This document shows, one piece after another, positions 47,540-60,941 of a DNA stretch of 64,000 nt. How positions within the stretch are numbered: position 1 is the stretch's first letter; each line of letters opens with the position of its first letter. This DNA is from Hypanus sabinus (Eukaryota), in the NCBI RefSeq assembly GCF_030144855.1, contig NW_026780455.1, positions 310,001 to 374,000 of the forward strand, written 5' to 3'. The notes beneath the pieces were generated by a model, which saw nothing but the letters and a program-made list of their open reading frames with translations, had not been told where the DNA came from and ran no database searches. A program made the translations under genes and the position numbers.

Positions 47540-49269
47540 CGCAACTTCTTCTTTATTCACCTCTTTATCTGTCTGTCTCTCAGACTCTCATCTCGGCGAC
47601 TGACTGACAATGAAGAGTATCGGTGTGCAGGAAGAACGGAAGTGGGACTGAGAACTGGGGCCGGCCACAGCGCCCTGACCTCCTGATGAGACTCGTCATT
47701 CAATAGTTAACCAGCCGATGGCGCAGCGAAACCAGGTGCTGAGTGGCGACTCACAGCATCTTGTTTGTGATTTGTGCGTTGACGGTGGAGGAATGATCTG
47801 CTGGTGAAACGAAACGGCGTGAGGAGCAGGGACAGAAATGATGGGGAGTGGAGAAAGATGAAAGTGTATGAGATAAGTACTGTTCCTCTGTTCCGGTTTA
47901 CTGCCTGCCACTTACTCTTGTAAATAGACACCTCTCCGATCGGTAATATTCCCCATCATTTATGTATTTTCGTACGTCTGCAGCTCGATCACCCCCCCCC
48001 CGCCAATACTAACACGTGTCATGTTCTTGTTCACTGTCCTCTCATCATTCTGTGTTCATCATTCTGCTACGCCGCCGGCCCGCCTGGTTATCTCTCTATT
48101 TCCGTCCCTGCACTCTGATATATTTATTCCGATCACTTCCTTCATTTGGTTCTAAAATTTATTTATTCCTTCTGTCCATGGCTGATTCAGGGAGGCTCTC
48201 TATTTTGCTTTGCAAGTCTGACCTCCTGCTGTCCGACATCCGAAACTCCACCCCCCACACTCCCCGCGCCCCATCTGTGTTTGAACATCTCATCTCCCAA
48301 AATGTGTCTGTGAGGCGAGACGAAGGGAATTGGTATACCAGACGATGGAACTGAATACTGTCTCAACGATCAGCACCCTGACCTGGGCCTCGAGTATCTG
48401 GTTGAGAGAGACAGATGTAGAAATCTGCATCGTGCCGGAAATCTTCACCCGCAAGTCTGCGTTTCTGTCTTACAGGCTGTGCGAACTTATATTACTCTGA
48501 ACAGTTATCTTTGAAGAGCCCCTGTCTTCACTCGCAAATTATTCCCAACCTCCGCAAATTGATATATCCGCCCGGAAATCTGGCACCGTCGCCGACTGTG
48601 GGTCTAAAACATTAGAAAGCAGAATATGAAGCGCCAACGGCCAGGGGAACGGCAGAGATCGGGACGCGGTACTGTGACGTCATCGGTAGCTCCACGGGCC
48701 TGAACCTGCTCTTTCCGTTTCTCTCGCCGTACATCTCGGTTTCACCGTGGCTCTGAGAGATCCGACAGTTTCGGATGCAGGGGGAGAAGAGGAGAGCAGG
48801 CGAGGGTGGAAAGTGAGGGCGTATTACAATAGGGGAAGATGGAGTGGAGAGAAAGGGAAAGTAAGAGAAACGAAGAGGGAAGAGACAAAGACGAAGAGCG
48901 TGTATGGAGAGGAAAGAGGAGAGGATGTGTGTGGGTGCTTGAGAGGGATGGGAGAGAGAATGCGTGAGAGGAAGACTGCGAGAGAGATTTCTGCAGTGCT
49001 GAAAGCCACCAATAACTTTTCACCGAATGAAAAGTTGACTGCCAAACCCAGCTCTGCATAAACCGCTTAAAAATAAGGGAGATAATTAGGAGCATAGAAG
49101 GCGCTGCTGTTCAGGATGGTTTCAGTTGCGCTTCTGCAGAAGTTAAGCAACAACTTTTGAGGGAGTTTCAGCTTTCTGAGGAAGAAGAGTGTTGTGCCTT
49201 TTACAGAAGCATCGAGGTGTTGGTGCTCCATGTCTGCTGTTCTGACAACCTAACTCCAAGGAACTGTAA

Positions 49270-49760
49270 GTTTTCGAAATTAAGATCTGCAGATATGTAA
49301 TCGGCCAATCATGTGACAGGCATTTGTCGAGGCTTATTGAGAAAGTAAGGAGGCATGGGATACAAGGGGACATTGCATTCTGGAACCAGAACTGGCTTGC
49401 CAACGGAGGGTAAAGTGTGGTTGTAGACAGGTTATCTTCTGCATGGAGGTCGTTCACCAGGGGAGTTCCTCAGGGATCTGTTCTGGGACCCTTAATTATC
49501 GTGAATTTTATAAATGATCAGGACGATGAAGCGGAGGGATGGGTTGGTCAAGTTGATTATTACATGAAGGTTGCGGCTGTAGAGGATAGTGTGGAGGCCT
49601 GTTAGTGGTTGCAATGGGGCATTGAGAGGAATCAAAACTGGGCTGAGAATTGGCAGATGGCGTTCAACCCAGGTAAGTGTGAGGTGGTTCATTTTGCTCG
49701 GTCAAATAAGATGGCAGAAGGATCTTGGGGTCCGAGTCCATAGGACACTTAAATCTGCTG
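49270..49760 (+). mobile_element. CR1 RT fragment
   Basis: SAWRSFTRGVPQGSVLGPL..FINDQDD. Confidence 0.8.
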
Positions 49761-51543
49761 CGCAGGTTGAATCGGTGTTTAAGAAAGTGGGGGGTGGGGG
49801 GTCTCATACACACTCTTCCAGACGACACAATCGCGATGGAGTTATGGATGTTGAGTGATCTTGGTAAAAGTCCAGTTAGAAATCTGTCCGGAGAAATGAT
49901 AAATGTGTGTTAGAAATGCAACAGTTCGGTCTCGAACGATAGAGAAATACGAGAATATGAAATATTTTTAGGAATATAGAGAAAATGAAGAGAACGAAGT
50001 ATGGTTTATACTGAGGTCGTAAAAGAATGTTCAGCTTTGTCTCGTTACTTACACGCAACCCTGGGGAAAGTACCTCTTATGTGCACGAAACGCTGTAAAA
50101 GTTTTAGCAGCAATAGAACACACCTGGAGTCTGGTTTTGCTGTTAACAATCACGATTTTATTTTATTCAGTTCAAATGGACAGAATTTGAAGTGAGACAG
50201 TTATTTGTAATCCAAACAAACAGGTGTTGTCGGTCTTCCCGTTGTCCTCGGAATCCTCACACGAAACATCACTAAAAGAAGCTTAACACAAGGGCGAGGG
50301 ACATCGTTAACCGAACCACCACCCAGGCAAGGATAGACACACCGGTAGATTCAACAAGGTTACCCCAATCACACACAGCGTGATTGCCACTTACCCAGTT
50401 CCACGATCTGCGAAATAACTCCCAAAATGAATTGCCACAGGGGTGTTTTCAATAGAGAATGTGCTGTTAACCAATTAAGATACAATGTTTGGGGTGTGGC
50501 AGGAAACAAGAGCACGCCGAGAAAACACGGGCGGTCACGCTGTAAAGGTAGCGGCAGGAAATGTGGACAACAGTCGATATATCAAACGGACAAAGAAAAA
50601 TGCGAGACTACGAGGAACCCAGAGGCGTTGCGCATCGGCGTTTCGGAGGGTTACGTACCAATCAGTATCTCAGGAGGAATATTCCAGTGCCAGATGCTAT
50701 TCCTGAAGGTTCAGCAGGAGAAAGCTCCGATGTATCGAGACCAACTGAAGATGTATCTTCGGCAGCCATACTTCTGACAACATCTCACATTTCTTGCGGA
50801 ATCTCAGTAAATAAGTTGTCATCCGATGCTATACCTCAGCAATCACCTTCCCTCAGAGTATTCCTTCTCTTAGATGGACTGCCTTCCCATGTTGACGAGC
50901 ACCGTCTGCCCGAAACACCCAATGTACTAAATGCAATTCGACAGACTGGGCCTTAACCGCACAAAGTGTCCAAGTATTTAATTTAATTCCCAGAAGGCAT
51001 TGCGATTGCAGTTACTGCTTGCGTCCGAGGAACGACGATTGGATGAGTGGATTTTATGAGCGCGAGTTACAGAATTAGTCTCGAAGTGACAGACATATTT
51101 CAAAGCACCCCGGATGAAGAGGACATTTGCAGACTGTCCATGATAACCAGATTTCCCGAAACTTTCAATGGCTGGAGCTCTTGCAACCAAAAGCTTTCGC
51201 GAGAGAAAAGAGACGGAGTACATCCGGCGTACATGAGTAGGCTTTCGGACAGCACGGAATGCTGGCAAGGCATGAACGTTGTATTGCTACGGTGATGTCA
51301 AAGCTTCGCATGCATCTAACGGTAGAAACACACACTTGATGGAAATGTAGTAGACATTTCAGGGAACTCGTGAAGAACTTAAACTGGAAGGAGCGCAGTG
51401 GAGGCAGATTGGGAGCATGGCTCCGATCGTGGCCCAGCATGGAGTGGGGGAGGGCGGGAGCTAATCGGGCCGTCCACAGCCCCAATGGTATTGCACATGC
51501 GACTGGCGAAATGGGATTTTTTTGCGGCGGTATGGGAAAAGCT

Positions 51544-52466
51544 TCACCGAGGATTAATGCTGTCCACACAACGTCGAATGAACTTTGCCATGTGACGTAA
51601 GGGCGATTTGACTGTCTCCTTCAGCTGAACCCTGAACCTGGCTTGGATCACGGCGTAAAGGGCCGAGTTCGTGCAGCAGCTGAATATTTGCAGCATGTAG
51701 CCCAAATGCTGCAGAGAAAATGGGGGCATCCGGACAATGTAATACATCAGACCCTCCCATATGGAAAACACCGTCAACAGAGCCCACAGGAATATGAAAT
51801 TCCCCGACATCACCAGCAGTAACAAGAGAGATTGCCTGCGGTTCTTCATCTCAGGGTCGGGGGGCGTCTCCCCATCGTGCGTACCACGGAGTCCCCTCCG
51901 GACTCGGCTGGCCACTAAAACGTACCTGATGGTTAAACAGTTGAGCAGCAGAATGAAGGCAAAGGGGAATATTGGGGTGAGGTTTGAATGTATCAGAAGA
52001 AATGCTGTCTCCATAGATAGGGAAAAAAGCGAAGAATGCAGACAGAGCAGGGGCGAAACAATCATCGAATATGACCCAGCGAGCAAAAAGTACCAGGGTA
52101 AGTTCTTTACGCAGCTCAGCAGAGTCACTGTCCCCAGAACCAGAGCCGCCGCTCTCCCGGTGCAGTACTTTCCTTTCAACTTCTGAAAACAAATGGCTAC
52201 AAATCGATCAAAGGTGAAAGCGACAGTGAACCAGACAGAACAGTCCGTGGCGGCGTTTAACACGACGGCGTGGAATTTACACACGGGAACTCGTAACGAC
52301 CAGATGACAACCTCCCACGGTATGTAAGTAATCGGAATCCTTCTCAATAAAAGATCAAAGAGAATTACCAGCTGATCCGCTGCTACCATATCAACCAGGT
52401 ACCTTGTGACGCCTTTGGAGAGACCGCACTTTCCCCGCGACAGTATGATGATTGTCACCATGTTAA
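51544..52466 (-). CDS. GPR139/GPR142-like class A GPCR, exon 2 (TM1 end to C-terminus)
   Basis: cacacag acceptor, then (G)TT AAC ATG. Sequence VNMVTIIILSRGKCGLSK...FDRFVAIC...SCCTNSALY matches the chondrichthyan-expanded GPR139-like family; stop at 51544. Confidence 0.9.
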
Positions 52467-52879
52467 CTGTGTGGGTGAAATAAAGACCATGAACACACAC
52501 TTGCATGGAAACTTCCTCAAATTCAGAATTTTTTAATCGTTAGCTCTTTAGAGCAGAGATGCAGATTTTTTTCTGAAGAACAAGGCTGGTGAATGTGTGG
52601 AATTAATCGGTACAGATGGATATGATGGGCAGTTCATTGGAACCATTTGTGGTGGGGTTCATCGGCTCTTGATTCGTCGTGGCTTCAATTAATACGCGGA
52701 AAGGGCGTCTGAATATGTCTGGAAGTGATGATAAATTAGCTATTATTGAATGGCGGCGAAGGCTCAGTTCTGGATTAGCCGAATTCATGATGGGCTAAGC
52801 AGTGATATCATTCGATGGCTGGGATGTATTCTAATCTTGACGCCATAAGAATCATTTGCAAAGTGTAAATTTTAAGAGG

Positions 52880-54990
52880 ATAAAACTCTGCGCAGGAGTG
52901 TGACGTCGGGCAGTGAAGCGGGGAATATTTAAAAAGGGATTACTAGAGATTACCCCAGTGTCTGTACCCCTTGGCAATAAGTACTCCTGTTTGAGTACTG
53001 CTGAAGGGGAGAGCCTACCTTGGGGAAGCAACAGTGGCCGTGCCTCCGGCACAGAGTCCGACCCTGTAGCTCAGAAGGATAAGGAAAGGAAGAGGAATGG
53101 TAACGAAATGAACATGAAGGTAGTAGTAATAGGGGACTCGATCGTTAGGGGGTCATATAGGCCATTCTGTGTACGCGGTCAGGAGACTCGGATGGTAATT
53201 TGCCTCCATGGAGCCCGGGTTCGGGATGTTTCTGATCGCGTCCAAGATATCCTCAAGTGTGAGGGTGAGGATCCAGAAGTCGTGGTACGTATAGGTGCCA
53301 ATGACAAAGATAGGAAAAGGGAAGAGGTCATGAAAGGAGACTATAGGGTGTTAGGAAAGCCGTTGAGAAGAAGGACCGCAATGGTTGTAATCTCGGGTTA
53401 CACTTGAATCCTCGGAGGACTAATATCCTGGCGGGGAAATTTGATAAGGCTACTGGGGAGACATTGAACTAGAATGGTTGGTGGTGGGAATCAATTTGAA
53501 GAGACTACGGGAGAGGACGTTAGTTCAGAAATAGAGAACGCTCGTCGAAAGTGTGTTAGGGATGTTAGGCTACTGATGGAGAATGGGAGAGCTCAGACCA
53601 AAAATGTAGGGAGAAGGAAGAAAAAGATGATAGCGTTGATGGAATCGGAAGGGATAAACAGAGAGGAAGAGGTGCACAGTTTCTTAAAAGCATCTATATT
53701 AATGCTAGGAGCATCATTGTAAGAAAGTTGGATGAGCTTAGAGCATGGATTGATATCTGGAAATATGATGGTGTAGCTATTTGTGAAACATGGTTGCAGG
53801 AGGGGTGTGATTGGCATCTAAATATTACTGGATTTCGTTGCTTCAGGAGTAATAGAATCGGAGGGGCAAGCGGAGGAGTTGTTGCATTGCTTGTCTGAGA
53901 AAATATTACTGAGGCGCTTTGGCTGGACAGAATAGATGGATTATCTAGGGAGGCTGTTTGGGTGGAACTGAGCAATGGGAAAGTTGTAGTCCAAATTACA
54001 GGGGTGTATTATAAAACACCTAATTGGTAGCGAGAATTGGAGGAACAAATTTTTATGGAGATAGCAGATATTTGTCGTAAGTGCAAGGTTGTGATTGTGG
54101 AAGACTTTGATTTTCCACACAGAGACTGGGAAGCCCATTCTGTAATCGTGCTGGATTGTCTGGAGTTTGTAAACTGAGTGCAGGATAGTTTTTTACAGCA
54201 ATACATTAAGGTACCGACTGGAGAAGGGACAGTTTTGGATCTTCTGTAAGGGAATGAGATAGGTCACGTGAGGGAGGTATGCGTTGGGGAGCACTTCGAG
54301 TCCAGTGATCACAATACCATTAGTTTCAGTATAATTATGGAGAAGAATAGGACTTGACCCAGGGTTGATTTTTGTTTTATTGGAGAAAGGCTACGAAATG
54401 GTTTAGAAGGAGTGGATTGGGACAACTTGCTTTATGGAAAGGATGCAAGAAAGAAATTGAGGTCATTTAAACTTGAAATTTTTGAGAGTACAGAACCTTA
54501 TTGTTCCTGTTAATTTGAAAGAAAGGGTTAAACGTTTGAGAGACCCATTCTTTTCAAGGGAAATTGGAAGATTGATTCGGAAAAAGAGGAAGATCTACAG
54601 TACGTATCGGCAGCATGGAGTAAATGAGGTGCTGAAGGAATACAAAGAACGTAAGAAGAATCTTAAGAAAGAAATTAGAAAAGCTAAAATAAGATATAAG
54701 GTTGCTTTGGCAAGTAAGGTGAAAATAAATCCAAAGGGTTTCTACAGTTATATTAGAACAAAAGGATAGTGAAGGATAAAATTGGTCCCTTAGAGAATCA
54801 GAGTGGACAGCTATGTGTGGAGCCAAAAGAGACGGGGGAGACTTTGAAGAGTTTCTTTTCATCGGTATTCACTAAGGACAAGGATATTGAATTGTGTAAC
54901 GTAAAGGAAAAAGGAAGGGTAGTTCTGGCAACTATGATGATTAAAGAAGAGGAAGCACCGGATTTTCTAAAGAATGTAAAAGTGGATAAG
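52880..54990 (+). mobile_element. CR1 LINE copy 1 (ORF1 SGNH-esterase, endonuclease; truncated before RT)
   Basis: VVIGDSIVRG...VRIGAND; degenerate endonuclease; ends at VDKS.DPDR. Confidence 0.88.
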
Positions 54991-54994
54991 TCTT

Positions 54995-56230
54995 CGGATC
55001 CTGACAGGTCATGTTTTTATCTGATCTCCTATAATACTTCTGGATTCCGACGAGTACAGTTCCGGGCGATTCAATTACTCGTCATAGTCGAACCACGATG
55101 TGCAATCGGCCGGTGAACCATCTACAAAGCCAGTTTATCATTACTGAAGTTCGGAGACCAGAAATGCACGGTAGTGCTGACGCATCCACACCAGTACCTT
55201 GTGCAGATGCAGCAGAACATCCCTGCTCGAACATTCATTCCCTCTGGCTACAAAGGCGAACATCAGATTTGCTGCACCTGCAAACCAAACTTTTTGAGTT
55301 TGAAGAAAAGTCCCTCCGCACAGCAGCATCCTGTAATTGTTTATCACTTGTTCCTCCACTTGTCCTTCCCAAGTGGATGACCTCGTAATTTCCAACTTTT
55401 TACTGCATCCACCAGACGCTAGTGCATTCGCGTATCCTATTTATATTCCTCTGCAGGCTCTCGGTTTCCTCGGCAGCCTTTGTGTGGCAATAGATCATGA
55501 CAGTGATGATGCAAACGTGAGCTCATTCTCCATAACAGATGAAGCCGNNNNNNNNNNNNNNNNNNNNNNNNNNNNNNNNNNNNNNNNNNNNNNNNNNNNN
55601 NNNNNNNNNNNNNNNNNNNNNNNNNNNNNNNNNNNNNNNNNNNNNNNNNNNNNNNNNNNNNNNNNNNNNNNNNNNNNNNNNNNNNNNNNNNNNNNNNNNN
55701 NNNNNNNNNNNNNNNNNNNNNNNNNNNNNNNNNNNNNNNNNNNNNNNNNNNNNNNNNNNNNNNNNNNNNNNNNCCCCTTCCACCAAACTTCCACAAAGTC
55801 GATTAATCCTGCCTTGACCCAACTGGACTCATCTCTATGGGGCCGTAAAGATCAGAAGTCCTGGTCACCTCAGTAGGGGAGGGACGTGTAAGATTAACAG
55901 GAAGCGCAGAAGGAATTCAGCAGAGATCTGACTGGATTGGACAGCATTCCCTGTGATCGGAGTTTGTGTGCGCTGAGACTTGCTTCTCTTGGAGTGAATG
56001 TGTATGAAAGGTCAGTTGGTAGAAGTGTTTGACAGGAGAAGATGCAGAGATAACGTTTGCCTGACCGAAAATTAACCGGGATCCCGACAGCCCGAGCGCT
56101 GCGGAGATGCTGCCTGGCCTGCTGTGTTCCACCAGCATTTTGTGTGTGTTGTTGTTTGAATTTCCAGCATCTGCAGATTTCCTCGTATTTACCCATACAT
56201 CTCCATTATTCTACGTTCCATGTAACTCAT
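54995..56230. mobile_element. Unclassified insertion with a Penelope-like end, between the two CR1 copies
   Basis: Non-CR1 sequence containing an N run; gatgctgcctggcctgctgtgttccaccagcattttgtgtgtg at ~56105-56150. Confidence 0.4.
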
Positions 56231-56234
56231 GTTT

Positions 56235-59200
56235 CTCATGTTTGAGTACTGTTGGGAGTGGGGACAGCCTTCCTGGTGGAAGTGACAGTGGCCGGGTCTC
56301 CGGCACAGAGGACGGCCATATTGCTCAGAAGGGTACGGATAGAAGAAAGAGGACCATAGTAATAGGGGACTCGATAGTCAGGGGATCAGACAGGCGGTTC
56401 TGTGGAGGTGATCGTGAGTCCCGGATGGTAATTTGACTCCCTGGTGCCAGGGTTCGGGACGTTTCTGATCGCGACCAAGATATCCTGAAGTGGGAGGGTG
56501 AAGATCCAGAGGTCGTGTTACATGTAGGTACCAATGACGTAGGTAAGAAAGGAGAAGAGGTCCTGAAACGAGAGTATAGGGAGTTAGGAAGGCAGATAAG
56601 AAGAAGGACCGCAAAGGTAGTAATCTCGGGATTACTGCCTGTGCCACGCGACAGTGACAGTAGGAATGAAATTAGGTGGAGAATGGATGCGTGGTTGTGG
56701 GATTGGAGCAGGGGGCAGGGATTCAAGTTTCTGGATCATTGGGACCTCTTCTGGGGCAGGTGTGACCTGTTCAAGAAGGACGGGTTACACATGAATCCTG
56801 GGGGGACCAATATCCTAGCCGGGAGGTTTGCTAGGGCTACAGGGCAGACTTTAAACTACTAAGATGGGGGTGGGGGCGGGAATCAATTTGAGGAAACCAT
56901 AGGAGAGGAGGTTAGTTCACCAGTAGAGCAAGTAAATAGACAGTGTGTGAGGGAGGAAAGGCAGGTGATGGAGAAGGGATGCGCTCAGCCCGAAGATGTG
57001 GAGGAGAAGAATGAAAAGGATAATAAATTTGAATGCACTCTTAGGGATTAAAAGAGAGGAGGAGGTGGAGAGTATGTTAAATGTATCTATTTTAATGCTC
57101 AGAGCATAGTAAGAAAGGTGGATGAGCTTACAGCGTGGATTGATACCAGGAATTATGATATTGTAGCTATTAGTGAAACATGGTTGCATGAAGGGAGTGA
57201 TTGGCAACTAAATATTACTGGATTTAGTTGCTTCGGGTGTGATAGAGTAGGAGGGGCCAGAGGAGGAGGTGTTGTATTGCTTGTCCCAGAAAACCTTATG
57301 GCGTTGCTTTGGAAGGATAGATTAGAGAGGTCCTCTAGGGAGGCTATTTGGGTGGAATTGAGGAATGGGAAGGAGGTAGCAACACTGATAGGAGTGTAAT
57401 ATAGGCCACCTAGGGGGGAGCGTGAGTTGGAAGAGCAAATGTGTTAGGAGACAGCAGATATTTGTAGTAAACACAAGGTGGTGATTGTGGGAGATTTTAA
57501 TTTTCCACACGTAGACTGAGAAGCTCATTCTGTAAAAGGGCTGGATGGCTAGAGTTTGTGAAATGTGTGGATAGTTTTTTTGCAACAATACATAGAAGTA
57601 CCGACTGGAGATGGGGCAGTGTTGGATCTCCTGTTAGGAAATGCGATAGGTCAGCTGAAAGATGTATGTGTTGGGGAGCACTTCGGGTCCAGTGATCACA
57701 ATAGCATTAGCTTCAATATAATTATGGAGAAGGACAGGACAGGACCTAGAGCTGAGACTTTTGATTGGAGAAAGGCTAACTTTGAGGAGATGCGAAGGGA
57801 TTTAGAGACAGTGTATTGGGTCAAGTTGTTTTTTAGGAAGGATGTAATGGAGAAATGGGGGTCATTTAAGGGTGAAATTATGAGGGTACAGAATCTTTAT
57901 GTTCCTGTTAGGTTGAAAGGAAAGGTTAAAGGTTTGAAAGCACCATGGCTTTCAAAGGATATTAGAAATTTGGTTCGGAAAAAGAGCGATGTATACAGTA
58001 GATATAGGCAGGATGGAGTAAATGAATTGCTGGAGGAATATAAAGAATGTAAAATGAATCTTAAGAAAGAGATTAGAAAAGCTGAAAGAAGATTGGAGGT
58101 TGGTTAGGCAAATAAGGTGAAAGTAAATCCGAAAGGATTATACAGTTATATGAAAAGCAAGATGATAGTGAGGGATAAAATTGGCCCCTTAGAGAATCAG
58201 AGTGGTCAGCTATGTGTGGAGCCGAGGGAGATAGGAGAGATTCTGAACGATTTCTCCTTTTCGGTATTCACTAAGGAGAAGGATATTGAATTGTGTAAGG
58301 TGTGGGAAACAAATAGGAAAGTTATGGAACCTATGACAATTAAAGAGGTGGAAGTACTGGCGCTTTGAAGAAATTTAAACGTGGATAAATCTCCGGGTCC
58401 TGACAGGATATTCCCCAGGACCTTGAGGGAAGTTTGTGTAGAAACAGCAGGAGCTCTGACGGAGATCTTTAAGATGTCATTAGAAACGGGGATTGTGCCG
58501 GAGGATTGGCGTATTGCTCATGTGGTTCCATTGTTTAAAAAGTGTTCTAGAAGTAAGCCTAGCAATTATAGACCTGTCACTTTGACATCAGTGGTGGGTA
58601 AATTAATGGAAAGTATTCTTAGAGATAGTATTAACAATTATCTGGAGAGACAGGATCTGATTGGGAGTAGCCAGCATTGATTTGTGCGTGGAAGGTCATG
58701 TTTGACAAACATTACTGAATTTTTTGAAGAAGTTACGAGGGTTGTTGACGAGGGTAAGGCAGTGGATGTAGTCTATATGGACTTCAGCAAAGCCTTTGAC
58801 AAAGCTCCACATGGAAGGTTACTTAAGAAGGTTTAGTCATTAGGTATTAATGCTGGTGTAATAAAATGGATTCAACATTGGCTAGATGGGAGATGCCAGA
58901 GAGTAGTGGTAGATAATTGTTTATCGGGATGGAGGCCGGTTAATAGCGGGGTGCCTCAGGGATCTGTTTTGGCCCAATGCTGTTTGTAATATACATAAAT
59001 GATCTGGATGATGGGGTGGTAAATTGGATTAGTTAGTATGCCGATGATACTAAGATAGGAGGTGTTGTGGATAATGAGGTGGGTTTTCAAAGCTTGCAGG
59101 GAGATTTATGCCGGTTAGAGGAATGGGCTGAACGTCGGCAGATGGAGTTTAATGCTGAGAAGTGTGAGGTTCTACATTTTGGCAGGAATAATCCAAATAG

Positions 59201-59960
59201 AAAATACAGGGTAAATGGTAGGGCATTGAGGAATGCAGAGGCAACAGAGAGATCTAGGAATAACAGTGCATATTTCCCTGAAGGTGGAGTCTCATGTAGA
59301 TAGGGTGGTGAAGAATGCTTTTGGAACGCTGGGCTTTATAAAGCAAAGCATTGAGTACAGAAGTTGGAATGTAATGTTACAACTGTACAAGGCATTGGTA
59401 AGGCTAAATTTAGAATATTGTGTGCAGTTCTGGTCACCGAATTATAGGAAAGATATCAATAAATTAGAGAGAGTGCAGAGACGATTTAATAGGATGTTAC
59501 CTTGGTATCAGCACTTAAGTTACAGAGAAAGGTTGAACAAGTTAGGTCTCTATTCATTGGAGCGTGGAAGGTTGAGGGGGGATTTGATCGAGGTATTTAA
59601 AATTTTGAGAGGGATAGATAGAGTTGACGTGAATAGGCTGTTTCCATTGAGAGCAGTGGAGATTCAAACGAGAGGACATGATTTGAGAGTTAGGGGGCAG
59701 AAGTTTAAGGGAAACACGAGGGGGTATTTCTTTACTCAGAGAGTGATAGCTGTGTAGAATGAGCTTCCTGTAGAAGTAGTAGAGGCCAGTTCAGTTGTGT
59801 CATTTAAGGTAAAATTGGATAGTTATATGGACATGAAAGGAGTGGAGGGTTATGGGCTGAGTGCGGGTAGGTCGGACTAGGTGAGATTAAGAGTTCTGCA
59901 CGGAGTAGGAGGGCCGAGATGGCCTGTTTCCTTGCTGTGATTGTTATATGTTTATATATT
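56235..59960 (+). mobile_element. Near-full-length degenerate CR1 LINE copy 2
   Basis: ORF1 IGDSIVRG/HVGTND; endonuclease IVAISETWL...SDH; RT SNYRPVTLTS, VPQGS, YADD-like; 3' UTR. Multiple stops and frameshifts. Confidence 0.92.
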
Positions 59961-60796
59961 TATCCAGGAGACTCTTAAAAGACCCTGTCGGATCAACCTC
60001 CACAACCGTCGCCAGCAGCCCATTTAAAGCTCTCAAAACTCTCTGCGTAAAAACGTGCTTCTGACATCTGTTCTAGACGACTCCAAGCACCTTAAAACTG
60101 TGCCCTCTCGTGCAAGCCATTTCCGCTCTGGGATAATAGCCTCTGACTATCCACATGATGAATGCCTGTCATCATCTTGCACACCCCTATCATGTCGTAT
60201 ATTACACCCCGTCGCTCTAATGTGTATAGACTCTGTTCACTCAAACTATTTTCATAAGGCATGTTCCCCAGTCCAGGCTATATCATTTGCCCCCTTTCTA
60301 TGGTCTCCACCTGCTTCCTGTTGTGAGGCCACAGTACTCCTAGTGCTGACTGACGAGGGTCTTATATAGCTGCAAAATTACATCTCGGCTCTGAAATTCA
60401 ATCACTCCATTGATGAAGGCCAATTCAGCGTCTGCCTTCCTAACTGTAGGGTCAACCTCCGTAGCAGCTTCGAGAGTCCTATGCATTAGAACAGCAACGT
60501 CCCAAGATCACAGAACTTCATGCAGAACATGACGCGTCTGCAACCACACTTTAACTTCTGTGGGCAAGCCAGTTGTAGTCAACAAAGCAGTGAACTCTTT
60601 CATCCCATGTCTCTTTACTTTCTCAATAACCCTTGCATGGAGCACCTTATCAAATGCATTCAACCGATATTTGCTGAAGCGATACCCATTTGAGAGACCT
60701 GCCTGGCGATTAGCGTGTCGTTTGAGGACAAATATGAAACAAAAGTTGGCTTATAATTTTTCAACGTTAATCAAGAGAAAGAGACTATACACTTAC

Positions 60797-60941
60797 CAGG
60801 AACAGCTACAATGGCGAGTACAGGGTAGTAAACCAGTTGTAAATTCTTTAGCACTCGCTCGATTCGAAGATCCAAATCCCAGGAATAGTACTTCGCTATT
60901 CCCGCGGTATTCAGGGCTTGATTTCGCAGTTTATGATCCAT
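60797..60941 (-). CDS. GPR139/GPR142-like GPCR, exon 1
   Basis: MDHKLRNQALNTAGIAKYYSWDLDLRIERVLKNLQLVYYPVLAIVAVP+G, then gtaagt donor. Phase 1 joins in frame to exon 2, giving ~355 aa. Confidence 0.8.

Noticed and set aside
47361-47603. MATDVNSLSVLFLLAVLQAC signal-peptide-like ORF
   Set aside because: It runs into (CA)n with no donor site; poly-HT is a microsatellite artefact.
48700-49060. Leader-like ctgctctttccgtttctctcgcc and a following ctgcag exon candidate
   Set aside because: No ATG, no GT donor and no Cys/Trp pattern.
50200-51500. Several 70-130 aa ORFs 3' of the GPCR
   Set aside because: No recognisable motifs; includes a degenerate SINE-like piece at ~50490-50570 and is probably 3' flank or decayed repeat.
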